Source of the DNA: Candidatus Kapaibacterium sp.
GTDB lineage: Bacteria; Bacteroidota; Ignavibacteria; Kapaibacteriales; UBA2268
Assembly: GCA_963665665.1 (NCBI GenBank)
Contig: OY762428.1
Span: forward strand, 5,056,001 to 5,120,000
Direction of reading: 5' to 3'
Length of the DNA stretch: 64,000 bases
Shown piece after piece: positions 18,248-29,985 of this stretch (positions are counted from its first letter, which is position 1; each line of letters begins with the position of its first letter). A program made the translations under genes and the position numbers. Below the pieces are notes generated by a model. That model had not been told where the DNA came from, did not search any database, and saw only the letters and a list, made by a program, of their open reading frames with translations.

Positions 18248-19561
18248 TTATTTAAACTAAAGCGGAACATTTGTAGGAATATTCTTTAGCTGTTGATTAT
18301 TTCTTCGAATTATTTGAACAAAACTATCCCTTGATTAACGCTTAACCAATCCTGTTTTTGGGAATTATCCCGGAATAATGCAGAATCTCCCGTCTTTAAT
18401 TATCAAAAAATTCCCCGATATGTGCTTTCGATACTGATGCAATTGTATCTAAAAATCAAAAATATTGATATTCTGTGTTAAAGCAGCCTGACCCCGGCTG
18501 CAAAACCCTATTACCTGCCGGTGAAGCTGATATATATAATTTGGATAAAACTATAACTGATTAAAATTATTCAATTACATATTTAAATTAATATATTATC
18601 AGTAGTTATTATAATTTAATCAATCTGTTTTACCCTTGATATAGTTCATCTAACTAAATTATTTATACATCTAATAAAATTATAAATATGTTTTAATATA
18701 TTAATTATATAAATAACATATTTTACGATTCATCTTATTATTTAATTAATTCAAATTATGATTTACATAGTATATCTTTATTCTTAGATAAACTAAATAT
18801 ATTATAAATTATACTGTTAATATTCTAAATCAAATAGTTAATTTATTAATTCATATAAATAAAATTATAATATCAGAATATTAAATCATTTGATTATTCA
18901 GGAATATTCTAAAATTTGTAATTAACATGATAATTTGTAATCATAATTTTATTATTTGACTTTATAATTTTATAAGAAGGTTGTTTAAAACAATGATATA
19001 TATATTGTATTCAATATTTATACCTTAGGAATCAGTTTATATATAGTAATTGATGGAAGAATAAGCTGAACCAAAGGCTGTACGAGAAAAATTTTGAAAG
19101 AGAAGCCTAACCGTATCGATATATTTCATCAAATAAAATACTTACCCGCAAGTATAATCATGATGTCAGGGCTGATGAAAATTAATATACTCCGGTACTG
19201 AGCTTCTTTCAGGCATAAAATGATCCCTGTTTATCGGACAAATAATGATACATGGAATACAGTCGTATTATTTAAATAAATTGATTTGTTAATTATAAAA
19301 CAATTTCCTATTTTATTTCAGGTTGAATTTGATCTTACCCTGAAAAAGTCTCTTATGATTTTTGATTTTTCCTGAAAGGAACATTTGAAAACTTGTTGTT
19401 AAGAAGTTGAAATTTCATTTGTATAAAATGGAATTGCTTTGGGAAAATTGATTGGATATATGGCATTAAATGATATAAGAGAAGAATAGCATTAGAATAA
19501 ATTGACTTATGGTCAGGAAAAAATAACACGCGCTTTTGATGATTAACAAAAAGGGAAAGTC

Positions 19562-20296
19562 ATGAAGAAAACATTACTAACGTTTTTAACTTTTATATTC
19601 TTAGCAATCAGTGTGCACGCTGAGGAAGAATCCGATAATTCATATTTTGGAATTCAAATGGGACAGGATCCTGTTTTTGGCTTTTATCCGGTTGCCTATG
19701 GCGGTTGGGAAATCGGGGAGAGTTTATATTTTACTTACTATGGTGTATTCTGGACACAGGATTTGCTCGGTGGTGGCGACGGAACAAATTTATATACTGA
19801 ATTTGGCGTCGGGGTAAGCTATACAACTGGTAACCTGACAATTAACCCAAGCCTTGGAATTCTCGGTGGCAATTTTCATTCCGGCGGCGATAGGGCTGTA
19901 ATCGGTGACGGTATCGTTCCGGCTCTTTACCTGATTTATGCCCTGCCCTCAGGATCGGTAGCTCTTAGTGCTATATATTGGAAAGGATTAAGAGAAGAAG
20001 TTCATAACGGTACTTTTTATGATCTGTTTGAATATATTGTGAAACCGGAATTTACAATATCAAAACATTTCGACATTGGATTATATTATGACCACCTGAT
20101 AACTAATACCAGAATCGGAGATAAATCTGACAATGAATCTTCATATTTATGGTTAGGTCCATCAATCAAGATTAAATCATCAAAGGGAGCCAGCCTATGG
20201 TTCTCGACCGGGGTTGATCTTGTTGATTATACTTTGGACGTTGATGAAGAAAAAATCAAAGATTATTACAAACTTTTATTAACAATTGATTTATAA
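19562..20296 (+). CDS. Outer-membrane beta-barrel protein (DUF6733-like)
   Basis: Signal peptide, amphipathic aromatic-rich beta-strands, QDPVFGFYP / YYGVFWT / TEFGVGV motifs. Confidence 0.55.
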   Translation: MKKTLLTFLTFIFLAISVHAEEESDNSYFGIQMGQDPVFGFYPVAYGGWEIGESLYFTYYGVFWTQDLLGGGDGTNLYTEFGVGVSYTTGNLTINPSLGILGGNFHSGGDRAVIGDGIVPALYLIYALPSGSVALSAIYWKGLREEVHNGTFYDLFEYIVKPEFTISKHFDIGLYYDHLITNTRIGDKSDNESSYLWLGPSIKIKSSKGASLWFSTGVDLVDYTLDVDEEKIKDYYKLLLTIDL

Positions 20297-20412
20297 GAAT
20301 CAATAACCAGGAAATTATTTTAAACAAATCAGTGAACCATTTACGAAATGGTTTTCGGGTTGAATGTTTTTGATCAATTTTTAATTATTATTTATTGAAA
20401 ATAAGGTGTTTT

Positions 20413-23400
20413 ATGTTTAACAATCTGAATATCAGGAAAAAACTAATAGTATTTATTTTGTCAGTTACCGTTCTTGGTATAGTGGCTCTTTCAGGTTTTC
20501 TATACAATAATTCAGCAAATATGCAAACCGATTCAGCTCTTGAGCTGGGTGAATCCATTGCTGCCGAACATTCCATGGCGGTAAAAGCTTTTATGGAAAA
20601 ACCATTTGTTTCAGCAAGGGCATTGGCAGAAGTTATCAAAAAAAGGGAGACTATTGATATTTCTGACCGAAGATCTGCTTTGAATGGAATATTAAAAGGA
20701 TTTTTAGAAGATAATGAGAATTTTGTTGGTGTTTGGGTATGTATGGAACCTAATGTATTTGACGGATTGGATGACAATTATAGAAATACATCCGGTACTG
20801 ATGCCTCGGGAAGATTTATTCCCTACTGGAACCGTGGTTCTGGAAGCATTATTATTGAACCTTTGGTGGATTATGATAAACCCGGTACAGGTGATTATTA
20901 CCAGATACCACTTAAAACCGGCAAAGAAGCATTGATAGATCCATATTCTTACAATATTGGCGGAAAGGATATGCTGATAACAACAATTTCTTATCCCATC
21001 AAAGAAAACGGAAAAGTGATAGGTGTTGTAGGTATCGACCTTTCCCTGAATGTATTGCAGGAAATGGTATCGAAGATAAAACCCTACGGAACTGGTGTTG
21101 CAGCAATATTCAGTAATGCCGGAATTGTTACGGCTCATTTCGATCCTTCAAGGCTCGGGAAGAATATGAGTGAAACAGAACGCAATATGAGCGGCGATAG
21201 AACAGACAGCCTGGTGGCTGCTATAAAAGCAGGGAATAAATATTCTTATCAAGTGTATTCTCCGCAAATGGAAACCGATATTTATATTGTTACTGAACCC
21301 ATGGAGATAGGTAATACAAAAACTCCCTGGGGTTTTGCTGTTGGCATACCTATGAATAAAGTTCTTGAACCTGTAAGAACATTGCTTAATTTTACGATAG
21401 TAATTGGAATAGTTGTTCTGGCGGCAATGTTCATTGCAATTTTCTGGATTTCCGGCAAAATTTCCAAACCGGTAATTGAATGCATGGAAGCAGCCGATAA
21501 GATTGCTTCAGGGGAAATTAATATTAAGCTTGATTCAGAATCAAATGATGAAACCGGCAAACTTATGAAATCAATGAAAAAAATGTCCGGAAGTATCGCA
21601 AATATCATTAATGACCTGAATAATTTGGCAAATGATTGCAGTAACGGTAAACTGGACAGAAGGGTGGATGCTGATGATTTTGAAGGAGAGTATGCTGTAC
21701 TTGCCGGAAATGTAAATAATATTGTTGATAGTATTGTTGCTCCGTTGAACGTTACTGCCGAATACGTTGACAGAATCAGCAAGGGTGATATTCCTTCGAA
21801 AATTGAAGATGAATACAAAGGAGATTTCAATGAGATCAAGAATAATATAAACCTTCTGATTGATACACTGAATACCTTTATATCGGAAATGAAGAAAATG
21901 TCTGAGCAGCAGAGTATGGGAGATATAGAATACAATATTGATTCATCAAAATTTGCCGGAGTATATAATACCATGTCAGACGGCTTCAACGATACTGTAA
22001 ATGAAATAAACGGGGCAATTCTGATGATTCTGAATACGATAAAAAAATATTCCGAGGGAGATTTTTCCGAACAAATGGAAAAAATGGCAGGTAAGCGGGT
22101 TGTGGCCAATGAAATGATTGATGAGCTGCGTGATAACCTTGTTAATGTTAATTCTGAAATTCATAAACTTATCAACGCCACTGAAAAAGGCGATCTGAGA
22201 GTAAGGGCAGATGTCTCGGGGTTCAGGGGTTCTTATCAGGATATGGTTTCAGGTTTGAATAAAACTCTTGATCTTGTATTGAATCCTATTGCCGAAGCAG
22301 TTAAAACCCTACAGCAAATGGCAGAAGGCAACCTTTCAGTGGAAATGACCGGTGATTTTAAAGGCGATCATGCTATTCTGAAAAATTCTATCAACGAAAC
22401 GATTCGACTTATGCCTTTCCGGCAGGCTATAAATACTCTTGAAACAATAGCCGACGGCAATTTATCCGAATATATGGATGGCGATTTTAAGGGAGACAGT
22501 TTACGGCTGAAACAAGCTTTGAATAAAACTATCGATTCAATGAACGAAATTATGTCCCAGGTAGTGGTAACGGTAGATGAAGTTAACCGTGGGGCTGTTC
22601 AGGTTTCAGATGCCAGTACATCTCTTTCGCAAGGTGCAACCGAACAGGCGGCAAGCCTTGAAGAAATAACCAGTTCAATGTCCGAAATAGGCGGACAGAC
22701 AAGGCTTAATGCAGAAAATGCCAATATGGCCAAAACACTAACTGATGAATCCCGCGATTCCGCTGAAAAAGGAAATTCAGAGATGGAGAACCTGAATATG
22801 GCAATGAGCGAAATATCGGAATCAAGCTCGAATATTTCAAAAATTATAAAAGTTATTGACGAGATTGCATTCCAGACTAACCTGCTGGCATTAAATGCTG
22901 CCGTTGAAGCAGCAAGGGCGGGCCGACACGGAAAAGGTTTTGCCGTGGTAGCAGAGGAAGTTCGTAACCTTGCCGCACGTAGTGCCACTGCTGCCAAGGA
23001 AACTGCCGAACTGATCGAAGGCAGTATCAAAGTTGTTGAAAATGGTTCTATGCTTGCTATCAGAACCTCTGAAGTATTGAAGGAAATAACAAATTCATCA
23101 ATTAAATCAGCTGATATCGTTGGTGAAATCGCAACATTATCCAATGAGCAGGCTCAGGCTATTGCTCAGATAAACGAAGGCCTTACACAAATCGATAAAG
23201 TTACACAAACCAATACTGCAAGCGCCGAGCAAAGTGCGTCGGCAAGTGAGGAGCTTTCAGGCCAGGCCAATAATCTTAAGAGTATGATTTCCAGGTTTAC
23301 TTTAAAAGCCGGTGATTATTCCGTTGAAGATAATATTTCGAAAACAAACATATTGAATTCCGGCAGGTATAGTAAGCAGTTGCCCGAATCATTAGATGAT

Positions 23401-23463
23401 GAGATTATTGAGAATCCGGATGACATTATCAAACTGGATGATGAAGATTTCGGAAAGTATTGA
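20413..23463 (+). CDS. Methyl-accepting chemotaxis protein (dCache sensor, poly-HAMP)
   Basis: Two TM helices, GRFIPYW...YYQIP Cache motif, several HAMP repeats, [20 protein letters not shown] signalling core, C-terminal DFGKY. ATG 20413 preferred over TTG 20395. Confidence 0.95.
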   Translation: MFNNLNIRKKLIVFILSVTVLGIVALSGFLYNNSANMQTDSALELGESIAAEHSMAVKAFMEKPFVSARALAEVIKKRETIDISDRRSALNGILKGFLEDNENFVGVWVCMEPNVFDGLDDNYRNTSGTDASGRFIPYWNRGSGSIIIEPLVDYDKPGTGDYYQIPLKTGKEALIDPYSYNIGGKDMLITTISYPIKENGKVIGVVGIDLSLNVLQEMVSKIKPYGTGVAAIFSNAGIVTAHFDPSRLGKNMSETERNMSGDRTDSLVAAIKAGNKYSYQVYSPQMETDIYIVTEPMEIGNTKTPWGFAVGIPMNKVLEPVRTLLNFTIVIGIVVLAAMFIAIFWISGKISKPVIECMEAADKIASGEINIKLDSESNDETGKLMKSMKKMSGSIANIINDLNNLANDCSNGKLDRRVDADDFEGEYAVLAGNVNNIVDSIVAPLNVTAEYVDRISKGDIPSKIEDEYKGDFNEIKNNINLLIDTLNTFISEMKKMSEQQSMGDIEYNIDSSKFAGVYNTMSDGFNDTVNEINGAILMILNTIKKYSEGDFSEQMEKMAGKRVVANEMIDELRDNLVNVNSEIHKLINATEKGDLRVRADVSGFRGSYQDMVSGLNKTLDLVLNPIAEAVKTLQQMAEGNLSVEMTGDFKGDHAILKNSINETIRLMPFRQAINTLETIADGNLSEYMDGDFKGDSLRLKQALNKTIDSMNEIMSQVVVTVDEVNRGAVQVSDASTSLSQGATEQAASLEEITSSMSEIGGQTRLNAENANMAKTLTDESRDSAEKGNSEMENLNMAMSEISESSSNISKIIKVIDEIAFQTNLLALNAAVEAARAGRHGKGFAVVAEEVRNLAARSATAAKETAELIEGSIKVVENGSMLAIRTSEVLKEITNSSIKSADIVGEIATLSNEQAQAIAQINEGLTQIDKVTQTNTASAEQSASASEELSGQANNLKSMISRFTLKAGDYSVEDNISKTNILNSGRYSKQLPESLDDEIIENPDDIIKLDDEDFGKY

Positions 23464-23545
23464 TAATATTTTATAATTTTATAGTAGAAATTAACACGTT
23501 AATAACATTATTTTGTTATATTAAAATACTAAGATTATTGATTAG

Positions 23546-23589
23546 GGGTACTGAAATTATACTAAAATTTAGTACCCCGCGTTTTTTTG
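23546..23589 (+). terminator. Rho-independent terminator after MCP
   Basis: GGGGTACT...AGTACCCC followed by a T-tract. Confidence 0.65.
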
Positions 23590-23618
23590 ATTGTTAGTTA
23601 TTGACAGAAAATTATTGA

Positions 23619-25589
23619 TTGGAAGCTGTGAATATTTATTTTAAGAAATCGAAGGAAATTGTAAAATCTGTCATCATTTTGATTTTACTGCTTGTATTTG
23701 CAGGCCAATCATTTTCAAATACTATCGACAGCCTGAAAAACCAACTAAGCCACGCAAAAAATGATACTAATAAAGTTAACTTATTAAACAGGCTGGCTTT
23801 TTCAACAATGGTTTCCGATTTTGATAAGAGTATAGAATATGCAAATATTGCAAGCAGGCTTTCTGACTCATTGAATTTTAAAAGAGGGAAGGCTCTTGCT
23901 TTGAAATATATGGGGACAGGTAAATGGAACCAGGGAAATTATGCTGAAGCTAAGGATATGTTCTATCAAAGCCTGAAAATTTATGAGAGCCTGAATGATA
24001 TTGACGGACTTTCCAGATTGTGGAATAATATCGGGCTGATCAATATCACGCAGGATGAATACCTGACAGCCAGTGATAATTTCAACAAAAGCATTGAATT
24101 AAGTAAAAAAATCAATAACAATTTTATGCTCGGAACAGCAAAACTCAATCTCGGTATTAATCATCATTATTTAAAAAATTACGACAGCTCGAATTACTAT
24201 CTGAAAAAAAGCATTATTTATGCAAAAAAAATTAATGACAACAACCTGATTGCAACTGACCTGTCATTTATCGGGATAAACGAAACTCTGCTAAGAAATT
24301 TTGATTCCGCTAAATCATGTCTTGATCGTGCTTTAGAAATATTTGTTAGCCTGAACAATATTCGCGAACAGGTACGTACAAAAATTGCTATTGCAAAATA
24401 TTATTCTGCCACTGGTGATTTTTCCGGCTCGATAAATATTGCTAAGGATGCCCTGCAACATGCAAAGAAATTAAATTCAAAATTCAATATTTTCGAAGCA
24501 AGTTTTCATTTAAGTGAGACTTACAAAAAATTGAAAGATTATAAGAAAGCCTACAAATTCCTGGCTTTGTCAAAGAAATATGGCGATACTCTGCACAGTG
24601 AAGAAAGTAAGCGAAATATTGCCAACCTTACTGCCGAATACAATTACGAAAAGAAATTAAGAAAAATTGAGATTGAAAAAGAACGGGAAAAGCAACATAT
24701 TGACAGGGAATTGAGACAAAGGAACTATATTATTCTGATAATTAGTATCAGTTTGTTTTTAACTATAATATTTTCAATTATTCTATATAGAATTAACCTA
24801 AGCAGAAAATTGAAAAATAAAATCCTGGTTAATCAGAATATAGAGATTGAAAAAAATCACAAGATGCTTGAAGAAATGAATAATGACCTGAACTTGCTAA
24901 ATGCTACTAAGGATAAATTCTTTTCAATTATCGCTCATGATCTTAGGAATCCTATTGGTGGGCTGAATTCAATCACTCAGTTAATGTCGTCAGAATTCAA
25001 AGATATGAACGATGACGAGAAATTGGAATTTATTGAATTGATGAACGAATCAACAACTCATGTAAGCTCATTACTTGAAAATTTACTGACCTGGTCACGG
25101 TCGCAAAGAAATACAATTGATTTTAATCCTGTACCGGCTAATTTAAAACAAGTTGTCGAGCCGACTATTCAGGGGGTTAAGTTATCTGCTGCAAATAAAA
25201 ATATTGATTTAAGTTACGATTTGGATGACAAATATGAGGTCTTTGCAGATGCAAATATGCTTACAACAATTGTAAGGAATATTTTGAATAATGCAGTAAA
25301 ATTTACCCCGATGAACGGATCTATTAAAGTTGAAGCAACAGAAAATGGAAACAATATTGATATTTCAATAAAAGATTCAGGTGTAGGAATACCCGAAGAT
25401 AAAATTGACATCCTATTCGATATCGGTACAAACGTAACAACTCCGGGTACTGAAAATGAAAAAGGAACCGGTCTTGGGCTGATAATATGCAAGGAATTTG
25501 CTGAAAAGAACGGCGGGGATATTGAAGTTAAAAGTGAAAAGGGAAATGGCTCGGAATTTATTATTAGTATACCGAAATCAGATAAATAG
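23619..25589 (+). CDS. TPR-repeat sensor histidine kinase
   Basis: Periplasmic TPR-like helices, TM segment, H-box FFSIIAHDLRNP, N-box NNAVKFT, G-boxes DSGVG and GTGLGL. Confidence 0.92.
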   Translation: MEAVNIYFKKSKEIVKSVIILILLLVFAGQSFSNTIDSLKNQLSHAKNDTNKVNLLNRLAFSTMVSDFDKSIEYANIASRLSDSLNFKRGKALALKYMGTGKWNQGNYAEAKDMFYQSLKIYESLNDIDGLSRLWNNIGLINITQDEYLTASDNFNKSIELSKKINNNFMLGTAKLNLGINHHYLKNYDSSNYYLKKSIIYAKKINDNNLIATDLSFIGINETLLRNFDSAKSCLDRALEIFVSLNNIREQVRTKIAIAKYYSATGDFSGSINIAKDALQHAKKLNSKFNIFEASFHLSETYKKLKDYKKAYKFLALSKKYGDTLHSEESKRNIANLTAEYNYEKKLRKIEIEKEREKQHIDRELRQRNYIILIISISLFLTIIFSIILYRINLSRKLKNKILVNQNIEIEKNHKMLEEMNNDLNLLNATKDKFFSIIAHDLRNPIGGLNSITQLMSSEFKDMNDDEKLEFIELMNESTTHVSSLLENLLTWSRSQRNTIDFNPVPANLKQVVEPTIQGVKLSAANKNIDLSYDLDDKYEVFADANMLTTIVRNILNNAVKFTPMNGSIKVEATENGNNIDISIKDSGVGIPEDKIDILFDIGTNVTTPGTENEKGTGLGLIICKEFAEKNGGDIEVKSEKGNGSEFIISIPKSDK

Positions 25590-25791
25590 CAAATCATAAA
25601 TGCGATAATCCTGAGTTATAACATTATAAAAACAGGAAATTAAATGCCCGAAAGTAGCTGTTCCGGCAGATAATACGGTTTGCCGGGTATATAGTATGTT
25701 GTGCCAGGAATCGTATGAATAATAATTTGACAACGGGTTCACATTATTATGAGCCCATATTCTGATGTATAATAATGAAGTAATATCATCG

Positions 25792-25834
25792 ACTTTATGC
25801 TATTTCGGATATCATATCTGAAATAGCATAAAGT
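25792..25834. terminator. 20-bp inverted repeat between convergent genes
   Basis: ACTTTATGCTATTTCGGATA-TCA-TATCTGAAATAGCATAAAGT, one mismatch. Confidence 0.6.
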
Positions 25835-25876
25835 ATATTTCTTATGTTTTCTGCAAAACTGAGGGTTTGTTATAAT

Positions 25877-28800
25877 CTACATTCCGCGCCTGTACTTGCC
25901 GCCAATTTCATAAAGAGCCCTTGTTATTTCACCCATAGAGACATGCTCGACAGTATTTAACAGTTCTTCGAATATATTGCCCTGCGTAAGGGCTGTTTCG
26001 CGCAGGCGGCGCAGAGCTTCTGCTTTAGTGTCTGCATGTTTTTCGTCGAATGTTTTAAGCCTTGTCAGAATTGTCTGCTTTTCTTCGGTGGTGGCGCGTG
26101 TTATTTCCATATTATCATAAGGGCTTTCCGCATTCTCGTTCAGGTATGTGTTAACACCAATTATCGGGTATTCTCCGCTTTGCTTCTGAGCCTCGTATAT
26201 CATTGATTCTTCCTGGATCTTCGAACGCTGATACTGTGTTTCCATAGCCCCGAGAACGCCGCCGCGACGTGAAATCCTTCTGAATTCTTCAAGAACAGCG
26301 TCTTCCACTAAATCAGTAAGATATTCCATAAGGAATGAACCCTGGTTGGGGTTTTCATTCTTCAGGAGCCCGAATTCTTTTGAAAGGATAAGCTGAATAG
26401 CCATGGAGCGCCTTACTGATTCTTCAGTAGGCGTGGTAACAGCCTCGTCATAAGAATTTGTATGTAGCGAGTTGCAGTTGTCGTTGAAAGCAATGAGTCC
26501 CTGCAATGTTGTGCGGATATCATTGAAATCAATTTCCTGAGCGTGAAGCGATCGCCCGGAAGTCTGAATATGATATTTCAGTTTTTGGCTTTTAGGATTA
26601 GCGCCATATTTATCGCGCATGGCAACAGCCCATATACGGCGGGCAACACGCCCGAGAACTGAATATTCCGGATCCATTCCGTTCGAGAAGAAGAAGGACA
26701 GGTTGGGTGCAAAGTCGTCAACATCAAGGCCACGGTTAAGGAAGTATTCTACGTATGTGAAGCCATTGGCAAGAGTGAAAGCAAGCTGGCTGATAGGATT
26801 TGCTCCGGCCTCGGCAATGTGGTAACCGCTGATACTCAGTGAGTAATAGTTCCTGATATTATTATTGGATAAGTATTCCTGGAGGTCTCCGATAAGCTTC
26901 ATAGCAAAATCAATCGAGAAGATGCAGGTATTCTGTCCCTGGTCTTCTTTCAGCATATCAGCCTGTACTGTGCCTCGTATCCTTCGGAATGTATTAAGTT
27001 TTAAATCCTGCTTTTCCTGGTCGGAAAGTTTATTACCGCCGGCTTCAGCTTTTCCAAGTTCGCGCTTATATGCCGTCATGAAATAAAATGCCACCATTAT
27101 TGGCGCGGGTGCGTTTATAGTCATTGAAACGGATGTGAACGGGTCAGTCAGGTCGAATCCGTCCATGAGCATGTCCATGTCTTCTATGGTGCAAATCGAT
27201 ACGCCGCTTTCGCCGATCTTTCCGTATATATCCGGACTAAGGGCCGGGTCTTCGCCATAAAGTGTTATCCCGTCGAATGCAACCGAAAGGCGTTTGAATT
27301 TATCACCCTTTGTCAGGTAGTGGAACCTTCTGTTTGTTCTTTCAGCAGGGCCCTCGCCTGCAAATTGTCTTTTCGGGTCTTCGGTTGTACGCTTGAATGG
27401 AAAAACTCCGGCAGTATAGGGGAAATCTCCGGGGAAGTTCTCGCGATAGTAATATTTCACCAGGTCTTTCCAGTTTTCGAATTGAGGCGGAAGAACTTTG
27501 GGTATTCGTGAACCGGAGAGGGATTTATTATATAATTTAATTGAGTATTCTTTATCCTGTATCTTATAATTTAATTCCTCGTCAAAACATTTGTTTTTCT
27601 TTTCATCCCATGAAGAAAGGAAATCCTTGACTTTATCATCAAGTTTGTCCCATTTTTCCGAGAAAACATTTTTTACGCCTTTCATTATATCAGAATCAGA
27701 AATCTGCTTCATTGCTTGCTTCAATGCAAAAATATCCCCGGCAAGTTCTGCCTGTTTGTTCCCGGCTTCGTGATATTTTTTTACTGTCTCGGCAATCTCT
27801 GAAAGATAGTTTACCCTGCTGTTACTTATTAGTCCGAAATCCCTTGTCAAATCAGTTGGCAGGAGGGCGATCATTTCACTATTAGCTTTATAATCGCCGG
27901 ACTTTTCATTATTAAGTAAATCAAGTAAATCTTTGAAAAGTCTGTTTACTCCGTGGTTGTTAAATTGATTGCTGCTGCAAGCATAAACCGGCAAGCCAAG
28001 GTCTTCAAGTTGTTTACCTGCTTCCGGCCTGATATTATGTGTGCGTATATAATTTATTATAACTTCGCGAAGTGCATCTTCCGAGCCTATTTTTTCGAAC
28101 TTATTAATTGCTATATAGTTGGCAACATCAAGCATATCAATTTTTTCAAGCTGCGTCGGGGCGCCGAATTCGGCTGTCATCACATACATAGAGTGATCGC
28201 TAATATCAGCTACGGCGCTATTTCCCTGGCCTATACCACTGGTTTCAACTATTATAATATCAAATCCTGCCGATTTCAAGGCGGCTATAGCAGCGGTAAT
28301 AGAATCACTTATTTCTGAAACACTGGAGCGCGTGGCAAAGCTCCTTAGGAAAACCCTGTTGTTATAAATATTATTATATCTTATTCTGTCGCCAAGAAGC
28401 GCGCCGCCTGTTTTACTTTTTGAAGGATCAACAGCCAGGACGCCGATCTTAACATTTTCAGTAAATGCTATAAAACGTCCTATGATTTCATCAATCAGCG
28501 AGCTTTTTCCTGAACCGCCGGTTCCGGTTACACCAAGGACTATTGATTTATTTTTATCAAATTTCGAATACAGATCAATATAAGATTCAGGTTCGGGGCT
28601 GTATTCAAGAGCTGTTAACTGCCTTGCAAGTTTTATATGGTTTTCGGTATTATTCTCTCTTACAGTATCTTCACCCAGGTCACATGGTTTCCTGTTTTCT
28701 TTTTTATACTCGGTTACCCGTTCAATTATATCGTCAGCTATGCCGTCAATGCCGATCTTCTGTCCGTCAGTAGCGTGATAAAGCCTCATTACACCATAAT

Positions 28801-29116
28801 TTTCGAGGGCAGTTATCTCTGAAGGAAGTATAACACCACCGCCACCGCCAAACACAAGAATATCCCCGGCTCCTTTTTCTTTAAGCAAATCAACAAGGTA
28901 TTTGAAATATTCATTATGGCCACCCTGGTAGGAACTTATCAAAACAGCGTCAACATCCTCCTGGACTGCAACGGTAACAACTTCTTCAACTGACCTGTTA
29001 TGGCCAAGGTGAATTACTTCGGCTCCTCGTTTTTGTAATAATCTGCGGAAAAGATTAATCGAAACATCATGACCATCAAATAATGCTGCTGCTGTCAGAA
29101 CACGAATATTATTCAT
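25877..29116 (-). CDS. icmF: Fused isobutyryl-CoA mutase / MeaB-like GTPase
   Basis: B12-binding FDGHD, GTPase GTGGSGKSS / AVDPS / ETSGIGQ, mutase core RQFAGEG and QTSGRSLHAQE. Confidence 0.93.
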   Translation of the reverse strand: MNNIRVLTAAALFDGHDVSINLFRRLLQKRGAEVIHLGHNRSVEEVVTVAVQEDVDAVLISSYQGGHNEYFKYLVDLLKEKGAGDILVFGGGGGVILPSEITALENYGVMRLYHATDGQKIGIDGIADDIIERVTEYKKENRKPCDLGEDTVRENNTENHIKLARQLTALEYSPEPESYIDLYSKFDKNKSIVLGVTGTGGSGKSSLIDEIIGRFIAFTENVKIGVLAVDPSKSKTGGALLGDRIRYNNIYNNRVFLRSFATRSSVSEISDSITAAIAALKSAGFDIIIVETSGIGQGNSAVADISDHSMYVMTAEFGAPTQLEKIDMLDVANYIAINKFEKIGSEDALREVIINYIRTHNIRPEAGKQLEDLGLPVYACSSNQFNNHGVNRLFKDLLDLLNNEKSGDYKANSEMIALLPTDLTRDFGLISNSRVNYLSEIAETVKKYHEAGNKQAELAGDIFALKQAMKQISDSDIMKGVKNVFSEKWDKLDDKVKDFLSSWDEKKNKCFDEELNYKIQDKEYSIKLYNKSLSGSRIPKVLPPQFENWKDLVKYYYRENFPGDFPYTAGVFPFKRTTEDPKRQFAGEGPAERTNRRFHYLTKGDKFKRLSVAFDGITLYGEDPALSPDIYGKIGESGVSICTIEDMDMLMDGFDLTDPFTSVSMTINAPAPIMVAFYFMTAYKRELGKAEAGGNKLSDQEKQDLKLNTFRRIRGTVQADMLKEDQGQNTCIFSIDFAMKLIGDLQEYLSNNNIRNYYSLSISGYHIAEAGANPISQLAFTLANGFTYVEYFLNRGLDVDDFAPNLSFFFSNGMDPEYSVLGRVARRIWAVAMRDKYGANPKSQKLKYHIQTSGRSLHAQEIDFNDIRTTLQGLIAFNDNCNSLHTNSYDEAVTTPTEESVRRSMAIQLILSKEFGLLKNENPNQGSFLMEYLTDLVEDAVLEEFRRISRRGGVLGAMETQYQRSKIQEESMIYEAQKQSGEYPIIGVNTYLNENAESPYDNMEITRATTEEKQTILTRLKTFDEKHADTKAEALRRLRETALTQGNIFEELLNTVEHVSMGEITRALYEIGGKYRRGM

Positions 29117-29277
29117 ATTCTCTCCGGATTTGTTTTGGAAACATACTATACTTTCCGGTTTTTCCGGTCATTCGTTATTTTTCTTGCGGAGGGTATCTTA
29201 CCGGTATTAAATCATTATTCTATTACATCAATTTAAAATGACTGTTTTTAATCATTTTTATTTTTCAAGATAATAAA

Positions 29278-29973
29278 TCAAAAGAAAATTCCAAGCAGAA
29301 AACTTACTGTATGGAATTTAGGGTTGGGATTTGAAAAATTATTCAGCTCTTTATCATTGATGATAGGAGATAGAGAGTACTGGTATCTTAAGTCGAAAAG
29401 ATATCTGAATTTATCAGTTAAAATTGTGAATTCAGCCCCGCCTATCAGATTTGCAAAACTTTCCCTGATGAACTCCGGCTCGGAATTATCCTTTACACGG
29501 ATAACTTCACCGGATTCAATGTTATCAATTGAACTAAAATAAGAAGCTCTGGACCGGAATGCCACGGACATTCCGCCAAAAAAATGCAGCGCTTTTCGGT
29601 CCATTTCGTGGTTTGCCATAAAGAGCAGTGGTACTTCAATAAAATCAACAGAAAGTTCCTCAATCCTGAAGAGTTTGTTTTGGCCTGAAAGATTATATGA
29701 GCGGTGATAATAAGTTTTTGAGTTATATAATAATTCACACTGAATCGAAAATTTTTCAAGAATTTGAGCATTCATGAAAAATCCTCCAATAAAACTGTAG
29801 CCAGAATTTCTTTCTGTTTCAGACGCAGACTGAATAAGAACCGGATCATCTGTATTAATAAATGTTCTGTTTAGCCCGGATAAGTATCCGAAGTTAACAA
29901 AAAGTTCCTTTTCTTCTGCAAATACAGATAGAGGAAAAAATAGAAATATGAGAAGAAGTTTTTTCATGTTCAT
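29278..29973 (-). CDS. Outer-membrane beta-barrel (porin family) protein
   Basis: Signal peptide, IQCELLY...FIEVPLL...DLRYQYSL, terminal Phe. Confidence 0.75.
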   Translation of the reverse strand: MNMKKLLLIFLFFPLSVFAEEKELFVNFGYLSGLNRTFINTDDPVLIQSASETERNSGYSFIGGFFMNAQILEKFSIQCELLYNSKTYYHRSYNLSGQNKLFRIEELSVDFIEVPLLFMANHEMDRKALHFFGGMSVAFRSRASYFSSIDNIESGEVIRVKDNSEPEFIRESFANLIGGAEFTILTDKFRYLFDLRYQYSLSPIINDKELNNFSNPNPKFHTVSFLLGIFF

Positions 29974-29985
29974 TAATTGAAAAAA

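Noticed and set aside
18540-19030. Replication origin
   Set aside because: AT-rich, but I found no cluster of TTATCCACA-type DnaA boxes and no dnaA or other origin-linked genes.
19060-19200. c-di-AMP (ydaO) riboswitch or hammerhead ribozyme
   Set aside because: Only fragments resemble them (GCTGAA..AAAGG..GTACG; CTGATGA). The required downstream conserved elements and stems are missing.
21282-23144. Antisense ORFs of 275 and 181 aa
   Set aside because: Shadows of the MCP coding strand.
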